In this document: positions 22,963-34,740 of the stretch, in pieces | Position numbering within the stretch: position 1 is the first letter of the stretch | How the letters are laid out: every line of letters begins with the position of its first letter | Assembly: GCF_004010195.1 (NCBI RefSeq) | Contig: NC_057719.1 | Coordinates: forward strand, 75,842,064-75,890,170 | Length of the DNA: 48,107 nucleotides | Direction: 5' to 3' | DNA from: Chiloscyllium plagiosum | Lineage: Eukaryota | Program-made: the position numbers and the translations under genes | The notes under the pieces: generated by a model | Databases searched by the model: none | The model's input: only the letters and a program-made list of their open reading frames with translations | What the model was told of the DNA's origin: nothing

Positions 22963-23110
22963 CAAGAAATCGGAGCAGGAGGATGCCATCTGGCCCTTTG
23001 AACCCACTCCGCCATTTAATAAGGCCATGATTAAGTTCATGGACTCAACTCCACTTACCCACCCGCTTATACTATCCTTAATTCCTTTACTATTCAAAAA
23101 TCTATTTATC
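22963..23110 (-). mobile_element. CR1 3' terminal fragment
   Basis: AAGAAATCGGAGCAGGAGGATGCCATCTGGCCC parallels 9907-9950. Confidence 0.65.
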
Positions 23111-23649
23111 TTTCTAAGAACATGTCAGTACCAAATAAGAAGTTCAGCATTGACATTTAGATTAGCTGTAAAGAAGCAGGAAAAGGCCTGTGGGCTTATT
23201 GGTTCACAAATATTCATTGCAGATGAAGTGCTAATATCATGTACATGCTGATTCTCAGTTGTATGGATGCACTTACATTTAAAGAGGTAGGGGCCAATCT
23301 AGAATGTGACTTGCAAATTTACTACTGGACAGTTGGGCGACCACATTTAAAAGGATACTGCTACATTAGGATTGTGCTGTGGCCCAGAGATTCTCACAGT
23401 ATTCTAAAATAGTTACACTTGGTTCCCATTTGGTTGATCTGAGCTCTTCCAGATGGAATGCCCATTGTGTTCCCCCCCCCCCCCCGCCCCAACATTGTAA
23501 CATCCATTCGGCTCTAAAACATCCAGGTAGTTTTCACTTCCATAACTGTACCTGGATATCCATGTTATGGATTGGACATACTTTTGGGAAGAGCTATCAG
23601 AAAATATAATAGTGTAGCCATCGTGTTCCTTTTTTATTGTTCCAACTAA

Positions 23650-23940
23650 CATGGTTAGCACTGCTGCCTCACAGTTCCAGGGACTCAGGGTCGAGTCTAG
23701 CCTTGGGCGACTGTGTGGAATTTGCACATTCTCGGCGTGGGTTTCCTCCCACAATCCAAAGATGTGCAGGTTAGGTGAATTGGCCATGCTAAATTGCCCA
23801 TAGTGTTCAGGGATATGTAGGTTAAGTGCATTAGTCAGGGGTATATGTAGGGGTATGGGTTGGTTACTCTTTGGAGGGTCGGTGTGGACTTGTTGGGTCA
23901 AATGGCCTGTTTCCACACTATAAGAATTCTAGGATTCTAT
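23650..23940 (+). mobile_element. HE1-like V-SINE with small deletions
   Basis: TGGTTAGCACTGCTGCCTCACAG head, V core and tail. Confidence 0.9.
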
Positions 23941-26067
23941 AAACACAAGCTCAGGTCTCACTGTAGCAGGTTGAGAAATTGAATTTTCAAATGGTGCACT
24001 GTAGCAATTTACCAAATTTCATGTGACAGAACTCCCAACCCTCTTCACTCCACCATTAAAAGGAATGCAAGTTTGAATAGCACCATCATCCCAAAACTCC
24101 TATCCATTAGTTTTCATGTTACCGGCGTTATGAAATTGATTCCGTGGGCTTATTTTAATTCTCCTTTGTATTATGTAGGTATTGCAATACCTAACTGCTA
24201 TTTCTGTGTCACAAACTCATTTTCCACTAACTCTTAAAATATATCATAATGCCTTTGAGATTTGTATCCTAGTGTTAAATATGTGCAGACGTAATTCATC
24301 TGGACCACAGGTTGCATCCCTCAAAGTTCAGTTCATTTATCAATTTTCTCCCTCTTTTCTATCATAAATGCCTTTATCACCTTTATGACGTATTCTAACA
24401 TCATATCCATTCTGATAAAATATCGAGATTAAATAGTTCTTTGACATTTCTGCCATTTCTCTGTTACTATCTGTGAGCATTAATGCATGCCTTGTTAATT
24501 GTATATCGGTTGTGCTTAATCTTTTACCTGTGGAGGGCACTAATAAGGGCTTCACTTCAGCATATTTGAAGAAACACTTGCTGAAAATTTGCAGTGCCTG
24601 GGTTAGAAAGTATATTCTTTGATAAATCTCAGAGGTTAAAAGATTGGCTAGACAGAGTGCCCCCATATATGTTTCTGGTCAGAGTTTTATTCCAACTTTC
24701 ATAACTCACACTAAAATCCAACACACTGCTTACTCCCATATATCTGTATGCGTTTATATATAACTTAATATACCCAGTGCTCATCCAACTATCCCTAGTT
24801 CGTTTTGCTGTCAGATATCCAAATCTGATAATATAATAACAGCTTCCCCAGTATGCTTTTAAAATTAATAATTGTATACAGTAATACTGAAAAACAAAAA
24901 AAAATTACATATCACACAAAATGACAGTGTGTTGTATTCTCATTATTTTTCAGTATGCATAAAAACACCATTGTTCTAGAGTTTGTAACTGTTGCTTAGC
25001 GCTTGCTCCTTTCTTTGTACATCAATCCAGTGGACAGATGATTGATATCAATCTTCAAATCTTTTTCATTCATGCATTTTGAAAACATGTACAATATCCC
25101 ATTGTGACTATCATCAATGTTGTACTCAGTGGTGAATTCTTTTTAGAATTTTTTTTCAATATTTTCATGAAGATCAAAAATATACCACCTCAAGATTTTC
25201 TGCCACTAACATACTTTTACTACCCTTCTGAACTATTTAACTTCCCAAGCGAAAGGGCAACATTTTCCCCCTCTCACAAAAGAGTCTTCCTGCACCTGAG
25301 AACCTATCACAGATATTTGCATCAGGAGCATATGGAAAAACAATACAGATTCTTGCGTCTCCCAAACATAGAAATTTCAAAATATATTTTTGCTTTCTTC
25401 AATATTCTGTTCACCCAAATTGTATCTTCCACCTTGGAATTTCAGTGTTTACTCAGCTCTAATACTTCAAAATGGGCGTCTGGCCTGGTTTCAGCACTCA
25501 ACAAATTCAGCTGTCCAATTAACTTCTCTGTTTCTCCATTTCAGTCTTGGAATCCACTGCATTTTTTTGTGAGGCCTCACTTTGACTAATAGCAATGGAG
25601 CTAATATTGAACACTTAAGATTGTGGATGCAAAGTAACACTGAATCCATTCTGCCTGATGTCCAATCCAAAATCCACTTTGAATTATACTTTAAGCCCAC
25701 TTATGACAATGTTTTCAAATTCGCAGCTCATACCTCACAAAGGAACATCCACATGCATCATAAAGATGCCTGCAAGGTGCTCCACATGGGCCAGTAAAAT
25801 GTGGGAGAATAGCTTTCCAATTGAATACAGTCCAACTTTAAAATGGCAGACCTTATTGAGAAGTAGCAAACTCTAGACACATAATTTGAACCCATAAATG
25901 GATTTATTTAACTTCCAAAGCCTTTGGAAGGCAACAAAAAGACTTACCATTTAAGCTGTTCTTCCTGCTGACTGTTGCTGATCATTAACTTGCTGTCAAT
26001 TTTGTTTGCAACAAGTATGGGTTTCTGTTCCTTGTGGTAATTCTATTCTGCCAAAATTTTGATCTTG

Positions 26068-26284
26068 CTGGAAAAGCGCAGCAGGTAAGGCAGCATCCAA
26101 GGAGCAGGAGAATCGACATTTCGGGCATAAGCCCTTCTTCAGGAATCTTCAGATTCCTGAAGAAGGGCTTATGCCCGAAACGTCGATTCTCCTGCTCCTT
26201 GGATGCTGCCTGACTTGCTGCACTTTTCCAGCAACACATTTTCAGCTCTGATCTCCAGGATCTGCAGTCCTCACTTTCTCCTCG
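26068..26284. mobile_element. Palindromic Penelope family A mini-element
   Basis: Inverted arms are centred on a 2-nt spacer (26149-26150). TSD AAAA(T/G)TTTGATCTTG at 26053-26067 and 26285-26299. Hammerhead motif at 26157-26184 (+) with a mirror copy on the minus strand. Confidence 0.9.
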
Positions 26285-26716
26285 AAAAGTTTGATCTTGT
26301 CAAGTTATTCTCTCTATCTTACATTCTGTCTATTTCTGGACTGTTACTGTTGATCTCCCCCTCCTATCATTAAATTTTCTTTCATTGTTTTGTAATCTTT
26401 TTCTAGGGACATGTTTCTGCCAGATCCAATGTTTGAACTTACACTGCATTCTCTTGCCTTCCATTTTTTGACCTATTCTTCCCAACTCATGGCCTTAACT
26501 TCCGGCCCTTCAGCGTATAAATTCAATCAGTTGTTATATTTAACACAGCTTTCCCTTCTCTGATAATAATGGCCACATTTCTTCATTGACTTCATCCTTA
26601 CTGGTAGAGACTTGACTTTGATAGCCCCATTTTTGCTGGTTGCCCATTGGAACTAATGACCTCATTTTGATCATCAGATCATATCTGCCCTTCATCAGAT
26701 AAACTGTAAATTGCAC

Positions 26717-27345
26717 AGTCATAGAGTCATAGAGATGTACAGCATGGAAACACATCCTTGGGTCCAACTTGCTCATGCTGACCAGCTGTCCTAAATTAAT
26801 CTAGTCCCATTTGCCAGAATTTGCCTATTTCCCTCCAAACCCTTCCTATTCATATACCCATCCAGATGCCTTTTAAATGTTGTAATTGTACCAGCCTCCA
26901 CCACATCTTCTGGGCAGCTCATTCCATACACGTACCACCCTCTGCGTGAAAAGTTGCCCCTTGTGACCCTTTTATATCTTACCCCTCTCGCCCTAAACTT
27001 ATACCCTCTAGTTTTGGAGTGCCCTACCCTGGGACAAAGACCTTGGCTATTCACCCTACCCACGCCCTTCATGATTTTATGAACCTCTATAAGGTCACCC
27101 CTCAGCCTCTAGTGCTTCAGGGAAAACAGCCCCAGCCTATTCAGCCTCTCCCTGTAGCTCTAACCTTCCGGCCCTGGCAACATCATTGTAAATCTTTTCT
27201 GCACCCTTTCAAGTTTAGCAATATCTTTCCTTTAAGAGGGAGACTAGAACTGAACACAGTATTCCAAAAGTGACCTAACCAATGTCCTGTAAAGCTGCAA
27301 CATGATCTCCCAACTCCTATACTCAATGCACTGACCAATAAAGGT
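26717..27345 (-). mobile_element. CR1 3' fragment (same subfamily as copies A-C)
   Basis: AGTCATAGAGTCATAGAG tail; FKRHLDGYMNRKGLEG peptide. Confidence 0.9.
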
Positions 27346-28260
27346 CTGATTTTTCGTAGCCTAATAATGTTTCCTTATTATGTTCTATAACTCTTCAAGT
27401 ATCTGCAAATTTATAATCCATCCCAAGAAATCATGAAGAATGTGCTAAAACAGTCCACTATCCATTTTGAACAATTAGTTTTTTTCTGTGCCTTTCCCTT
27501 TTTAAAACCATGTCTTCCTGATCGAAATTGTTTTTTGATAGCCCTACTTTCTAGCTGAAGGCACGTTGAATTCTTTGAGACTTTGTCTTTAATAACAGCC
27601 TGCATGCAGTGCATTCAAATGTTCCAAAAAAAGGTGCAATTAATTCAGTCACTTCCCAAACTGAAGGGGTTGATCACTTATTATTGATTGAAGTTTAGGA
27701 TTTCTACCAAAGGCTAACTGATCTGGAGGATCTCCCCCTGCCTCACCACCACCACCATCTGAGTTGAATTCTTAGCATGGACAGCCCACTCTACTGCAGG
27801 CAGAGAACTTGACCAATCTCCCAAAATTTTGTGAACTATTTTGCCTATTATATTTTGGATCTTTTCACAAGACCCCCATAGCTAAAAGGGCTTTCAGCTT
27901 CTCTATACGTAGCTATTATGTTCATACTTGCAGACATATCCCTAAATCTGTCATTACCAAACAGCAGATTCCCTGCCATGGTCAGTGAGATATTTTGCTG
28001 GTCATTCAGTTCCCATCCCTGTACACCTTTCCATGACTTTAGCAACACTTATTCACTTATCATTACTTGTATTATTGTTGACTGACCAAACTTGGTTGCC
28101 AAATTTACAAAATGTAAAATAAAATTGTCTTAGTTCTTAATCCTACACCTTTAAATCCATAGCCATTATCTCATTGAAATCCATCACTAAAGGTAGATGT
28201 ATTATAGGCTATGATATTGTCTGGTGGTATTTCTTGCAAATCTCACATCTAATACTTATC

Positions 28261-28915
28261 TCATAAAGCCATAGAGTCGTACAGTGTGGAAACAGATCCT
28301 TCGATTCAACCAGTCCACGCCGACCATGTTCCCAAATTAACCTAATTCTGTATGTCTGTGCTCTTCCCATTGTCCCTCCAAACCTTTCCTATTCTTGAAC
28401 TTATCCAAATATCCAAATCTATGCCTCCCTCATGACTATACAGACCTCAATAAAGTCACCCCTCAACCAGTGAGAAAAAGTCCCAGTCTTTCTAGTCTAT
28501 TTTATTATCTTAAACCCTCCCATCCCAGCAACATCCTAGTAAATCTTTTCTGAACCCCCTTCAGTTTAGTAATATCCTTTCTATATCAGGGTGACCACAA
28601 CTGCACACAGTACTCCAGAAGAGGCCTCATCAATGTCCTTACAACCTCAACATGACATTCCCAACTCCTGTGCTCAAAGGTCTGAGCAATGAAGGCTAAA
28701 CACCATTTTAACTACCCTGTCTACCTGTGACGCAAATTTCAAAGTATTATGTACCTGAACCCCGAGGTCTTTCTGTTCTACAACACTACTCAAGGCCCTA
28801 CCTTTAAGTGTCCAGGAGCTGTCCTTGTTTGTTTTACCAAAATGCAATACCTTGCATTTATCAAATTAAGCTCCATCTGCCACTCCTCAGCCCATTGACC
28901 TAGTTGATGAAGATC
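28261..28915 (-). mobile_element. CR1 3' fragment, internally deleted
   Basis: Reverse CR1 tail, CCAGCAACATCCTAGTAAATC, CTCCATCTGCCACTCCTCAGCCCATTG. Confidence 0.85.
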
Positions 28916-29326
28916 CCTTATTGTATTCTTCATTCTTTACAAAACATTTTGTACCTTGGAAGGACAAATGGGTAAATTGCCGACATAGTTTTAACATAAT
29001 TAGCACGTTACCTTCCAAATTTCTGCTTCTTGATGTCAATAACGTTTCTTTAATGTCTTTGGTGGAGAAGCATGTTCTATTAAAGTAGTACAATTGTGTC
29101 CCATTTCTGTAAATCGTAAATTCACAGACTTTCCAAATGTAATAACATCGTTGTTTTCCAAATTAATTTCATCTGCATTTTATTCATGGATGGCCTATTA
29201 TTAAAAACGATATTTCACTGGATACTGTATCCATCTTTCCAAACTGACTGAGTCTGATTACTTTACAAGGAATGGTTACTCTTTTAAAAAGTATTTTGTT
29301 GTGTTGTCATCCTGAAATTTTTTTTC

Positions 29327-29652
29327 AGATTAGATTCCTACAGTGTGGAAACAGCCTTTCGGCCCAACAAGTCCACATCGACCTCCTGAAGAGTAATCCA
29401 CCCAGACCCATTGCCCTACCCTATATTTACCACTGACGAATGCACTTAACACTATGGACAATTTAGCAAGACCAATTCACCTGACTTACACATCTTTGGA
29501 TTGTGGGAGGAGACCAGAACACCTAGAGGAAGCCCACACAAACGCAGGGAGAATATGCAAACTCCACACAGGCTGTTACCCAAGGTGGGAATCAAACCCA
29601 GGTCCTTGGCACTGTGAGGCAGCAGTGCTAACCACTGAGCCACCATGCCACC
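29327..29652 (-). mobile_element. HE1-like V-SINE, full length
   Basis: Reverse complement of the 4581-4901 type, including the tRNA head. Confidence 0.9.
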
Positions 29653-29732
29653 AAAGTCTCATGTTTCTCAACTTATTACCTAGAGTTAGCATTTCATCCA
29701 GTCTCTTCCGCATGAGGCAATTCACAAGGTGG

Positions 29733-32700
29733 TGCTATTTTCTGTGTCTGTAGACTGTTAAGGTGCAAAAATGGCCTTTAATAGAGTGATGTGTCCTTCC
29801 TGTTGGATGTGAGATTTTAGGGAGAGTTTCCATGTTACTGATGATTATGTCTGCAGGATGCTGTCAGTTCACATGGAACAGCTTGAAGCAGCAGTTAGAG
29901 ACAGTGAGGAATTTACAGGAGCTTGAGGGTGTGTGATGGATGGCAGTTCTCGGAAAGGAGAAAGCCATGGATACAGTTAGATAGATGGATTAACTGCAGG
30001 AAATGTAGGAGAGGGTGACAGGTAATGCATGAGTGTCCTGTGGCTATCCCCATCTCAAACAAGTATGCTGTTTTGGAAAACGTAGGGGATGATGGACTCT
30101 CAGGGGAATGTAGCACGAACAGCCAAGTTTCTGGTACCGAGACTGGCTCAAATGTAACAAAGGGTATATCAGGTCCTAAGCGCTCGATTGTGATAGGGAC
30201 TCTCTAGTCCAAGGCACAGACACATTTCTGCAGCTGACAGTGAGAAATCAGAAATGTGTGTTGCCTCCCTGGTGCCAGGATCGAGGATATCTCAGAGAGA
30301 GTACAGAATAATTTCAAAGGGGAAAGGGACCAGCAGGAGCTCGTTATACACATTGGAACTAAGGAAATAGAAAGAGATAAAGACAAGATTCTGAAGGGAG
30401 ACTATAGGAAGTTATTCAGGAATTTAAAAAGGAAGTCCTTGAGGGTAGTAATATCTGGATTACTCCCAGTGCCACAAGCTAGTGAGGGTAGCAATAGGAG
30501 GATAGAGCAGATGAATGCATGGCTGAGGAGCTGATGCAGAGGAGAAGGATTCACATTTTTGGATCATTGGAATCTTTTTTGGGTTAAAAGTGACCTGTAC
30601 CAGAAGGACAGATTGCACTTAAATTGGAAGGGGACTAATATACTGGCAGGGAGATTTGCTAGAGCTGCTCAGGAGGATCGCAACTAGTAAGGTGGGAGGG
30701 CGGTGGGACCCAGGGAAATAGTGAAGAAAGAGATCAGTCTGAGACTGATACAGTTGGGGCCAATGACCATAATTCTATTAGTTTTAAAATAGTGATGGAA
30801 AGGGATGGACCGGTTCTAAAATTGGCCAATTTTGATGGTATAGGCAAGATCTTTCAAAAGCTGATTGGGGGCAAATGTTCACAGGTAAAGGGACGGCTCG
30901 AAAATGGGAAGCCTTCAAAAATAAGATAACACTAGTCCAGAGACAGTATGTTCCTGTTAGGGTGAAAGGAACGGCTGGGAGGTGTAGGGAATGCTGGATG
31001 ACTGGATAAATTGAAATTTTGGTCAATAAAAAGAAAGAAGCATATGTCAGGTGTAGACAGCAGAGATCAAGTGAATCCTTAGAAGATAATAAAAGCAGTA
31101 GGATTATATTTAAGAGGGAAATCAGGAGGGCAAAGAGGGGACATGAGATAGCTTTGGCAAATAGGGTTAAGGAAAATCCAAAGGGATTTATAAATACATT
31201 AAGGACAAAAGGGTAACTCCGGAGAGAATATGGCCCCTCAAAGATCAAAGTTGAGAGTGTGGTGCTGGAAAAGCACAGCCGATCAGGCAGCATCCGAAGA
31301 GCTGGAGGCTGGGAGTTTTGGGCAAGGAGGTGGGGTTGGGGAGAAGGTAGCTGAGAATGCGATAGGTAGGTGAAGGTGGGGGAGAAGGTGATAGGTCAGA
31401 GAGGAGGGTGGAGCAGTTAGATGGGAAAGGTGATGGACAAGTCAGGAGGGCGGTGCCAAGTTGGAGGTTTAGGACTGGGGTAATGTGGGGGGAGGGGAAA
31501 TGAGGAAATCTGGTGAAATCCACATTGATTGCAGGGTCCCAAGGCGGAATATGAGGCTTTCTTTCCCCAGGCATCGGGTGGTAAGGGTTTGGCGATGGAG
31601 GAGGCCCAGGACCTGTATGGCCTTGGCGGAGTGGGAGGGGGAGTTGAAGTGTTCAGCCACGGGGCAGTGGTGTTGGTTGATGTCCCAGAAATGTTCTCTG
31701 AAACGATCCGCAAGTTGGTGTCCTGTCTTCCTGATGTAGAGGAGACCACACTGGATATTAGTCGAGGTACAGATACATTTTCGTCAGATGTGGAAGGATC
31801 CTTTGGGGCCTTCGACAGAGGTAAGGGGGGAGGTGTGGATGCAGGTTTTGCACTTCTTGTGGCAGCAGGGGAAAGGTGGGAGATGTGGATCTGACGAGGG
31901 AGTTGCGAACGGAATGGTCTCTCCAGAATGCTAATAGGGGTGGTGAGGGAAATATATCTCTGGTGGTGGGGTTCGTTTGTAGGTGGCAGAATTGGCGGAG
32001 GATGATGTGATGTATACGGAGGTTAGTGGGGTGAAAGGTGAGGACCAGGGGGTTCTGTCCTTGTTGCGATGGGAGGGGTGGGGTTCAAGGGCAGTGGTGC
32101 GGGAAGTGGAGGAGATCCGCTGGAGGACATCGTCGACCATGTGGGAAGGGAAGTTGCAATCTTGGAAGAAGTAGGCCATCTGGGATTTTCTAAGGTGGAA
32201 TTGGTCATCTTGGGAACAGATACGGCGGAGGCCGAGAAATTGTGAATATGGGATGGCGTTTTTACAGGAGGTAGGGTGGGAGAAGGTGTAATCTAGGTGG
32301 CTGTGGGAGTCAGTGGGCTTGTAGTATATATCTGTGGTTAGTTGGTCGCTGGATATGGAGATGGAGAAGTCCAGGAAAGGGAGGGATGTGTCTGAGATGG
32401 TCCAGGTGAATTTGAGGGCAGGGTGAAAGGTGTTAGTGAAGTTGATGAACTGTTCAACCTCCTCATGGGAGCACAAGGGCTTGGAAGCCTTCAGCTTGGA
32501 GTAGGTAGGGAGTTCCTGGACTCAATGCCCTGGGGTTGAAGTGTTCAGAGATGGAAGATGAGGTATTCTTCCTCCAGGCGTTGGGTGGTGAGGGAGCGGC
32601 GGTGAAAGAGGCCCAGGACCTGCATGTCCTCGGCTGAGTGAGAGGGGGAGTTGAAATGTTGGGTCACAGGGCGGTGGGGTGGATTGGTGCGGGTTCTGCC

Positions 32701-34740
32701 CCACCAAACTCATCTTCACCTACCTTGATACTGTCCTATCCCCTCTGGTCCAGGAACTCCCCACATACATTCGGGACAAGACTTTCATTTCCCTGGCCTC
32801 CAACGCCTCATCTTCACCCTGGACATCCAGTCCCTATACACCTCTATCCACCATGACGAGTGCCTCCAAGCCCTCCGTTTCTTCCCCTCACACTGTCCAA
32901 ACAAGTACCCTTCCACGGACACCCTCATCCACCAGGCTGAACTGGTCCTGACCCTTAACAACTTCTCCTTCCAATCCTCCCACTTCCTCCAAATCAAAGG
33001 GGTACTCATGGGCACCCACATGCTATGCCTGTCTCTTTGTCGGGCACGTGGAGCAGTCCATCTTCTGCAGCTACACCGATACCATCCCCGACCTGTTCCT
33101 CTGCTACGTCAATGACTATATCGGTGTCACATCATGCTCCCATGAGGAGGTTGAACAGTTAATCAACTTCACTAACACCTTTCACCCTGACCTCTAATTC
33201 ATCTCGGATACCTCCGACCCTTCCTGGACTTCTCCATCGCCACCTCCAGCGACTGACTAACCACAGACATCTACTACAAGCCCATTGACTCCTACAGCTG
33301 CCTAGACTACACCTCCTCCCACCCTACCTGCTGTAAAAATGCCATCCCTTATTCGCAACTCCTCCGCCTCTGCCGCGTCTGTTCCTAGGATGACCAATTC
33401 CAGTGTTGAAAATCCCAGATGGCCTCCTTCTTCCAAGATCGCAATTTCCCTTCCCATGTGGTCGGCGATGCCCTCCAGTGGATCTCCTCCACTTCCCGCA
33501 CCACTGCCCTTGAACCCCACCCCTCCTAACGCAACGAGGACAAAAGCACTCAGTCCACACGTTCCACCCGATCAATCTCCGTATACAGCGCATCATCCTC
33601 CGCCGCTTCTGCCACCTACAAACGGATCCCACCACCAGAGATATATTTCCCTCCCCACCCCTATCCGTGTTCCGGAGAGAGCACCGTGACTCCTTCGGCA
33701 GGTCCATGCCCACCACCAGCCTGCACTTCACTCCCAGCACCTCCCCCTGCCACCTTAGGAAATGCAAAGCCTGTGCCCACACCTCTCCCCTCACCACTAT
33801 CCAAAGCCCCAAAAGGATCCTTCTCTATCCGACAGAAATTTATCTGTACTTCCACCAATGTGATCTACTGTTTCCTTTACACCCAATGTGGTCTCCTCTA
33901 CATCGGGGAGACATTACGCCAACTTACGGATCGTTTCGGAAAACATGTCTGGGACACCACACCAACCAACCCCACCACCCCATGGCTGAACACTTCAACT
34001 CCCCCTCCCACTCTGCCAAGGCCATGCAGGTTCTGGGCCGCCTCCATCACCAAACCCTTACCACCAAATGCCTGGAGAAAGAACACCTCATATTCTGCCT
34101 TTGGACCCTACAACCACATGGGATCACTGGGGATTTCACCAATTTCCTCATTTCCCTCCCCTCACACTATCCCAGTCCCAAGCCTCCAACTCCGCACTGC
34201 CCTCCTGACCTGTCCATCACCTTTCCCATCTATCTGTTCCACCCTCCTCTCTAACCTATCACCTCCATATACCTATTGCATTCTCAGCTACCTTCTCCCC
34301 ACACCCATCTCCCTCCCATTTATCTCTCAGACCTCCAGCCCACAAGCCTCATTCCTGCTGAAGGCCTTATGCCCGAATCCTCGATTCTCCTGCTCTCAGA
34401 TGCTGCCTGACCTGCTGTGCGTTTCCAGCGCCACACTCTCAACTTTGATTCCCAGTATCTGCAGTTCTTACTTTCTCCCCTCAAAGATCAGCAGGGCAGC
34501 CTATGTGTGGAATCACAGGACATCAGGGAGATACTAAATGAGTATCTTGCTTCAGTGTTTACTGTGGAGAAGGACATGGAAGATAAAGAATATGTGGAAA
34601 TAGATGGTACCTCCTTGAGAAATGTCCATAATACAGAGGAGGAGGTGCTGGATGTCTTAAAATGTATAAAAATGGTTAAATCCCCAGGACTTGATCAGGT
34701 GTACCCTCGAAATCTATGGGAAGTTAGAGAAGTGATGCTT
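29733..34740 (+). mobile_element. CR1 copy B: ORF1 and part of ORF2, with an internal deletion, a nested Penelope and 3' truncation
   Basis: Collinear with copy A from ~14865 to ~17330. ORF1 esterase motifs PGARIEDIS and VIHIGTKE. Confidence 0.9.
31248..34476. mobile_element. Composite inverted Penelope-like element: two 5'-truncated RT/GIY-YIG copies with terminal repeats facing outward
   Basis: Minus arm 31248-~32690 (DIYYKPTDSHSHLDY..HP); plus arm ~32695-34476 (VIYCFLYTQCGLLYIGET). TSD CCCCTCAAAGATCA at 31234-31247 and 34477-34490. Confidence 0.9.

Noticed and set aside
25104..25589. 161-aa ORF
   Set aside because: AT-rich, non-ATG start and no motifs; the region looks like very old repeat debris.
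25940..26060. Strong minus-strand donor GGTAAGT at ~25942-25948
   Set aside because: No convincing upstream acceptor or recognisable reading frame.
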